A DNA stretch of 64,000 nt from NCBI GenBank assembly GCA_964016885.1, contig OZ024743.1, positions 296,050,001 through 296,114,000 of the forward strand, given 5' to 3'. The translations under genes and the position numbers were made by a program. Under the pieces are notes generated by a model, which saw only the letters and a list, made by a program, of their open reading frames with translations, had not been told where the DNA came from and did not search any database. This DNA is from Eledone cirrhosa. Lineage: Eukaryota. Below, piece by piece: positions 55,708 through 64,000 of this stretch (its first letter is position 1; the number at the start of each line of letters is the position of its first letter).

Positions 55708-58700
55708 CTAGCAGTAAAGCCCGGCGTTGCTCGGGGTCGCTCAGTAGCTGTGTTAAAGTTACAATGTTAAGTTTCTTTTTTGGCTTAAAAACTGTAGTGT
55801 CTACTGTGCAGACTTGCATGTGGTGTTTTTGATTAATATTCCCTCAACCAACAATATGCTTTATGAAGTTAAGAAAACATAACGATAACCCGAATGTTAT
55901 AACAAAAGAGGATGCTGGGGATAAAAATTGCACTGGTTATTTATTAACAAAGATCGAAAATGTAAACACTGCAACGCAGAGAAAAACATTAGCGTAACCA
56001 AATTATCAGTTATTTTGAAACAAAGAAATTGGATGGACATGAAGAACAAAAAAAAAAATGCGTTATCTGAAGTCGAGGGGCAGGCAGCATCAAATAGGTT
56101 TGCACTTGTGATAAAAAATATTGACAATGTAATAGCTCAGATGTTTAAGTATAAAGTATGAAGAGCTCATAACATACCCATGGTGAGTTTGACGGGCAGA
56201 TTATAGACAGCCACAGCATGCGAAATGGATAGCTGCAGCAAAAGCCATATTCACCAAAAAGAATCACTAAAATCAACAAAACAGAAATGCTGATTCCATT
56301 GCATCTTCAGGTGCAACTGAGAATGATGACGAAAGTTTACTTTGACGCACCAGAAATGCTGTTGTCGCTTGTTGTCCATGTCGGAATGCATATTGAAACA
56401 ATGAAAGAAATGACGGAAACAATCTGTGTATGTATGCGGCAAGTTGTGTGTGTCTACGTATTAAACGCCGGACTTGTCAGCGACTGGAGGGTGTCCTTAA
56501 CAATCGAAAGCATCAATTCCAGAGTCCACTTTGACTTGCAAGCAATGCCGGGCCTATAGGTCTCGTGATGTGTCCTATGGTGTCAGAGGCGTTGTGCTTG
56601 TTAAGAAGTTGGCGTCATGTCGTCAGTTTCGAAGTTGCTGATGTCGCGTGTGTGTTAATGCATGAGCACGCATGTATGTCGTTCTTTTAACTGTGTGTGG
56701 GCGTATGTGTGGGTGCATATGATGGCGGTGTGTGCAAATACGAAGTGCGAATAAGTTTGTATATAGTTCTGTTGTTTGACATATATTTGTACAATGGTAG
56801 AAAATTCAAATGAGAAGTGATTCACTGTTGCATTGGTAACTGTAATTTACTCTGCAAATGCACTGAAAGGTATGTCTAGGTGTCAATAGAATGCACTGCG
56901 TCAATGTTGAATAAGTCTCCTTTTTTCAGGTTTCGTAGATGCTATATATTTAAGGCAGTTGGTGTAACATTGCCATTTTGAACATAAAAACTCTATAAAA
57001 CCTCACGGTATACAATATTCTTTGTTTTTCCATTTGGAGCAAAGGCAAAAAGGTTATTCCGGCTGCCAACTCGAGAACATCCAACGTAGAATTGTCCATG
57101 TGAGAAACATGGTTCCTCCAGGTGAAGTCCTGCAACAGATAAAGTCTGACCCTGGGACTTGTTGATGGACATAGCAAAGGCAGCACGAAGGGGAAATTGA
57201 GTTCTTTTAAAAGAATAGGGTGCATCCACTCCTGATGTAGTAAGAGTTACCATAGGTATTAAAACATCTTCTCCTTTTCCACACCCTGACATAATCGTAG
57301 CATAAATAATGTGCTGTGACATCCTATTGACAACAAGGCGTGTACCATTGCAAAGCTTGGGAGGAGTTATATTCCTGAGAAGTATAACTGGACATCCTTC
57401 CTTGAGAGACAAAATATGTTGAGGTAGACCAGGAATGTCCAATGAATTGAGGAATTCAATGGGATAACTGACCGCATCATGTGGATCAACATTGGTATCA
57501 ATAGACTTAAAAGTCATATCATTTCCAGGAAGACTTTCAAGCATTTAGCGATTAATGGCGGAGACAGTGACATTTGTAGGAACTAATATAGCCCTCTCAC
57601 ACAGCCATGTATGATTGCGGTAATTACCTACCAAGCTGGGAAAAACGGCTGCCTTGAGATCTTCGACAGTGTTAACCAGACAGCATATATTGTCGAGTGC
57701 AATGTCTCTATGCACATCTGAAGGTACTTTGCCGTCGCCAAGAATGAGAAGGTCTTCAGCAAATTTTTCAGACACAGTATCGCCATGCAGTTGAATACGC
57801 ATGTTAGTGGTCAGACGAAGTGTTGTTACCTGTTGCCACAATGGAGAAGACTTCAGGCAGGCCCGAACTTGATCCGCTCTGGTGCCCTTTGGAATAACCG
57901 GCAAAGTTTGTCGAAAGTCCCCTGAAAGCAAAAGAGTTACACCCCCCATGGTCTCCTGACAGTCTCTAATGTCTTTTAGCGTTCTATCTAAGGCCTCAAT
58001 AGCTCCTTTGTGAGCCATGGTACATTCATCCCACACAATCAGTTGGCACCGCCGTAGCAGTTCTGCTCTGGGACTATCCTTGGTGATGTCACAGAGCGGT
58101 GTTTCAGCTGATACCAAGTTAAGCGGAAGCTTAAAGGTAGAATGTGCTGTCCTACCGCCAGGAAGTAGTGTTGCAGCAATACCAGATGATGCAACAGCTA
58201 TTGCGATAACTTCATTCTGTCTAACTTTGGCAAGAATAAGTTTAGTCACAAAGGTTTTTCCAGTGCCTCCAGGGGCATCAAGAAAGAAGATACCACCCGA
58301 TCGATGAAATACATAATCAGTGATAGTGTTGTATGCTAATTGTTGATCAGGAAGTAGTTTTGATTCCATTTCAAACACATATCTAGCTAGAGCATCGACA
58401 TCATAAGATGTTTCTTGGATGATGAGAATTGGAATTTTATTAGAATCAGTGCGGTGGGTTTGTGGAAGACCGTATGCTGGCAAGGCATTCCCACCCATAA
58501 GGAAAATCCTGTCCTCTATATCTACAAGCCCTTTATTGTATAAATCATCACTGAAATCTATTTCTATGTCAGGAAGTAGTAGTTGAGCCTGGTGAAGGAA
58601 GTCCTCATACAGTTGGTTCCGAAACTTCAACCATAATGTGTAGGGATCACAAATGTTACATAAGTGAAGAAGCTTTGCAAAGACCTCTCGTAGGCTTCCA

Positions 58701-61700
58701 GCTGAGTGTGATGAAGCGATCTCCACCAAGGTTGCATCCCATCGTGAGTCATCTTCAAGCATTCCACGAGCCAAACAGGCATCTCTGTATGTAGACCAAA
58801 CACGATTACTGAAAGTTCTGAGGTCCTGAAAACTGGTCGGTCCTTTGACCTCATGCAGTAGCATTCGAAGATAGAAGCAACTGTGTTGATTTGGAGGAAT
58901 CGTATACACTCGCCCCAAGCAATTAGTGAATTTGATTCCAGGAACTCCAATAACTGGTTGGCCAGTCTTTCTGCGACACCATGTTTTTTTATTCCATGTG
59001 TAGTATGATGGCACCTGAGGATACAGCAATGATTTTGCGAACTCATCGTATTTGCACAGTTTGAAGAATCCAGTTAAAGTTGTCTCCCTTGGGGTCGGTG
59101 CTAATTCAGCGGCATTTTCATTGGTATAATACACCCGTTGACCGTGTTCTAGGTGTACATCTAATTTTACAATTGAAGGGTGCCTATCATGTATTGGAAA
59201 ACCAAAGATTCGCCAAAAGGCCTCGCTACTACTTATGTATCGACCTACTTGGAATTGTGTTACTTCGTCTCTATTGTTTTCGTTGAGTATACCGAACGAA
59301 GCAGCGTCAGAACCTTTATTAACATACTTACATATGTATTTGATGCACTTGACGGAGCTACAGAATTCAACATTAATGTGTGCGTTGAAAGTACTGAGCA
59401 GGAGTGGACAATAGGGAATGATCCAACTGTTGTCAACCTCGCCATTCTTAACCCTAGCCGTAAAACCTCCATCTTCAGGTCGCCTACGTCTATATAATGG
59501 GTAGCCATCATTGCCAGTCTGAGTATCGCGAATAAATTGACGGGGAAATTTTTTAGTGCATCTTTTATTGCCTGTAACGCATGGTAAGTCGGTTCTAAAG
59601 CCAGGCCCACATGGACCATGCACCATATGTGCCCTAACTTTCATGTACAAGTCCTTGTCAGTGGAAGGATCTGGTAATTCTGCAGAGATGATCCTGTCAA
59701 TGTCGTTAGAACTAACCTTTGTTGTCAGCCAAATAAGAATATGAGCATGGGGGAGGCCCCTTTTTTGCCATTCGATTGTGTACATGTCACATTGAACTGG
59801 TCCGAAAACCTCACCTAATTTCATAAGATCCATAAGCTTAAGTAACTTAAGACGGAATACTCTAGCTGCGAGATCATGTCGGCGTGTGGTGTTCTGACCA
59901 GGAAGGAGTTCGTCCTCAATCTCCTTCCAATTGGGGTTACATGTAAAAGTTATGAATAAGTCTGGCCTACCGTAATGTCGTACAATTGTCATGGCGTCCT
60001 GAGTCCTTTCATGCATATATCGAGGGCTTCCCGTGAAGGTAAAGGGCAGAATGCATACTTTTCCAAGACTCTCAGGATCCGCATCATCGTTCATTCCATC
60101 CCGAAGGTGTATGTAGCTGTCACAACGCAACTTTTTTTTATTGAGTTTGATAAAACACCATCTCTCTGATTCCATTTTTGCACACATGTCAGTTGCATAC
60201 TGGTTGAAAAGGTCTTGAGAGCGGTGGAGGTGATTAAAACAGTCATCTCGGATCATGAATCGAAATGCATAGAAGTCCTTGCATGAAACTGTTTTGGTAG
60301 AATGAACCTCTGAATTGGTAGAGTTACATTGTGGAATGCCAAAATGGTATCCATCCTCTCCATATACAAAAAGCAGTGGGTATTGGAGTGCGTCGTATGA
60401 TCTGTGTGTTTCACTGATCCGTTGAAGTTCGTGGTCGCGATGCTTGATAACAATGTCACGTTTGTTGTGCTGATCACCAGCGAGAAGTATCGCAACCTCA
60501 TTCAAAGAAGGTGAATTATAGCGGCCTGCATGTTCTCCAGATGGCCGCTTGTCAGCATCAATGACAACATAGTAATTATCAACAGGAGCTGTTTCTAATG
60601 CATATTTAAAGCTCTGAACATAGCTGTTGTGACTATGAAGCATGTCTTGAAGTTCAAAAAGGAGCTCCTGTCTAGTGTCATAGGCAATTGAATATTTCCT
60701 TGTTGCTTGTGGACAGTCAGTTAAGTTATTTGTTTTTTTCTTTTGGGAAGGCAAATGTATTTCGCCTTGTAGCTTGTTGAAGGCAGTTGGACATGAAGTA
60801 GACCTGGAGAAAACGGGGCTCTTTATTATCTACAGGCTCCAGTGATCCGATAAGATGATAAACCTGACCTTGAACTTTGAAAGTGGGCATAAATCCACCT
60901 TCATATTCATAACTCGATCCAAAAGATGTCATTTGGAAGGCACAATTATAATGTCGAATATCTAGAAGGAAAGCTCTGGAGAGTGAATGGGTGTATGTAA
61001 GAAGAAGCCTCAATGGCTGTGGTGGATCTCTAGGAGGGTGCAAGTTGACCTTACCATTAGAGCAGCACATTCCGGCTGGTTCGCCCGGCCACTTTTTAGC
61101 TTTGCAAAACTGGCAAATTCCAGACATGTCACCAATTTGAATATGAAGGTGTGTAGCATAATTATTAGCGGGGACATAATTGAAAGCCTTCAATGACCAC
61201 CGTGATTTCGCAGCCCTCGAAATACCCCGCTTATTGGCTTTATACTGAAAAACACCCCCCAGTCGAATAGTTCGGTTACCTGCTGTCTCCGCTTCTCGCG
61301 CAGCTGCAGTAGCAGCCGCATCTCTGCCCTGACGAAGTATACGTTCAATAGCATTCTCTGCAGCTCGAACAGTTGCAGTAACAGCCGCATCTCTGCTTTG
61401 ACAGAGTTTACGTTGAACATCATTCTCTGCAGCTCGCGTAGCTGCTTTTGCCGTTGCATTTCTTGCAAGCTGAGTTTGACGTTCCACGTGTTTCACTGCA
61501 GCACATAAGGATGCAGTTGAAGAAGCATTTCTGGTGCGTCGGAATAAACATTCGTCATAATTCTCAGTTGCCTGTGAAGGTGCAATGGAAGCAGCATTTC
61601 TGTCCTGTTGACTCAAGCAACGCTCATCGATAGACAGAGCTGTTGTATTCACTGAACACCCCGCTATTTCAGGCTGTCTAATGCTCGACGACACCTCAGT

Positions 61701-62861
61701 CAACCTCCTTCTTTTTGTTATCTGAGACCGCGTCAGTCGTAATAAGGGTGTCCTTTTTTTAGGCATCAGGGTGGTGGGCACGATTGAAACCTAAAACAAA
61801 CAATCCCTCCATTTCGTCAAGATAAAATGAAATTAAAGTAAATTCAGCCTTATAAGACCGTAAAATTAATTTAAGTAGAAGGCCTAACCGCCAACGCCAT
61901 AGTGAAATCAACCAACTTATACTGAAAATAATCCAAACGTTTAATAGGGAAAGTTTGCTAACCGTCGTAATAAAAAAATAAATATCAATAACTTACGAAG
62001 TAATGAACTCGCCGAACTTTTAAAGCGTTGTAGCATACAAAGGCAGTACAGTGCAAATGAAGCTATTAAACAAACTGGAGATTCCAATTCACTCTACTAA
62101 AGATTTACTTAATCGTCTGCACATTCGCTAATCGTCTGCTCATTCCATAAAAGGGAAATAATCGCCTATATCACCTCTCTGCATGACTGTCTGTCTGCAC
62201 GCCTATATCACCTCTCTGCATGACTGTCTGTCTGCACGCCTATATCACCTCTCTGCACGACTGTCTGTCTGCACGCGTATATCACCTCTCTGCACGACTG
62301 TCTGTCTGCACGACTGTCTGTCTGCACGCCTAACGAAATTTACAGATACATATATTTTAAATAAACTTATATAATTTTTGCTTTTTTTTACGAAATATTT
62401 GCTTGTTTTACGTAGTCTTTAAATAGACTTGTTTTCAAGTAAAAATATTGTTTTAAAAGGCTTTTAAATGGAAATGAAGCAAAACGGAAGCTTAGTGTTC
62501 GAACTGATGAATTTTGCAGGTCAAAATTTTGCTGGCTCGACAACTGTTCGTGTATTGTGTTAATGTCATTTTAAACGCTGAGAAAGCCAGCGTAATTTTT
62601 TTAATTTTTGCACGCAGACGCTCAATGTAAACAGAACAAAGGGAAATAACTGATCACTTACGCTCAAAAATCGATACATTATATTCGATTTCGTCAGATA
62701 GGGCGGGTCAATTTGAAATATTTTTTTTCCGATGTCTTCGCTAGGGCTCAATGTACAAGTATAGCAATTTCGGTGCAATTCCGTGAGAGATTCTAAGAGG
62801 AGATGTGTGCCAAAAATCGATAGACAGACAGACAACCTCAGTTTTATATATATAGAATAGA
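55708..62861 (-). mobile_element. Full-length Helitron, copy 2
   Basis: Same termini and content as 459-7612. Confidence 0.93.
56993..61766 (-). pseudogene. Helitron RepHel, disrupted (copy 2)
   Basis: Same motifs, same +1 frameshift (~60733-60754) and same TAA (57545-57547) as copy 1. Five amino-acid differences are visible in the ORF track. Confidence 0.93.
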
Positions 62862-64000
62862 TAACGAAATAAATAACCGGATAGTCAATGCATTTTTATT
62901 GCAAGGATCACAGATAACTTTTTGATCATCCGCTTATTTGTGTGGAGTCAGTCATGGTTATTTCTTTTAACTACTTTGTTTGATATATTTATTATTTCGT
63001 ACTGTACAACCAGATTTTAGTAAATATTATCATTTGGAATATAGATGTTGGACTTTCCAGTTTCTTATGACTCACCCTGTAGGATAAATTATACACTTTA
63101 GAAAAAATGGCAGAATATAATAACGGATCCAATTTAGAAGGGAAATATCAGAATACAATAGAGAATACAATTTAGAAAGAATCATAGAATATGGAGAATT
63201 CTATTTATAAGAAAACACGGAAATGAATAAATATCAAGATTGTTGTTATAGGATATATAAGTAAGAAATATATAGAGAAAGAAAGAAAGAGTGACATAAA
63301 AAGTAAGAAAAAATAAAAGAAAGAAATTGAGAAAGTATTAAATTGAAAGTCCTATACGATATAAATATTCTACAATAATGTATAACTGAAGAATCTATCT
63401 GGTTTTACTATACCCGAACAATTTACGACCGTCCATATAAAAACGATGACGGATTTGTAATTGTTTATTTCTCTATTCAAATCCATTTTCTGTCTCTCGC
63501 AATATCAACGTCATCTGAATTAGGCACAATACAAACAAAAATGGCAACATACTATAATCTTGAATCCCTCTTCTTATTTGACTTTCACCCCAGAATTAGG
63601 CACAATACAAACAAAAAGGGCTACATACTATAATCTTGAATGATCCCTCTTCTTATTTGACTTTCACCCCAGCACCTTTTCTGCCCTTGTCAAATCAGTC
63701 ATACACGTAAATATAGTCCTTCTGATGAAATCTTCTACGTCATTGACCAGACCTGTTCATGCTTGCTGCTAGCCAGGGGAGAGTTACATTAAACTGGTGT
63801 GTTATACAATCTTTTAGCCTTTTTCTTCATCGGTTAGTATTTGCTCTTTCCCAATTTTGACAAATTTTTAATTTAAAATACTGTGTAGCTGTAAGGCAAT
63901 TTTGTAGTTCAATGAACTCAATTGCCTAAACCAGTAACCTTGAGCACTATCAGACTTTGGCGCTTCCCAATTGGGCGTTCTAAGACTTTTCTTACTAACC

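Larger units (their letters stand above)
55250..64000. repeat. Segmental/tandem duplication, copy B
   Basis: Matches 1-8751 up to the end of the window. Confidence 0.97.

Overview
Eukaryotic, AT-rich, microsatellite-dense DNA made almost entirely of transposable elements. The tRNA-type SINE and the repeat landscape suggest an octopus or other cephalopod genome (inference). No host gene could be identified with confidence. Main features: (1) bases 1-8751 recur almost identically at 55250-64000 (offset 55,249). The repeat carries a ~7.15-kb minus-strand Helitron whose RepHel is broken by a frameshift and a nonsense codon, joined head-to-tail to a ~520-bp mini-Helitron. (2) A 13.7-kb co-oriented array of six Tx1/L1-type LINE copies (38.0-51.7 kb), each bounded on both sides by (GATA)n, which points to a microsatellite-targeting retrotransposon. 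A sibling family sits in (ATT)n SINE tails. Both 5'-complete copies keep a 67-nt GT-AG intron-like segment in the 5' UTR. (3) Two Penelope-like elements, one with inverted 1.16-kb arms carrying hammerhead-like cores. (4) An RTE 3' fragment with three C2H2 fingers, a fossil hAT, SINEs, a MITE, fold-back palindromes and long simple-repeat tracts. Coordinates were read by eye and may be off by a few bases.
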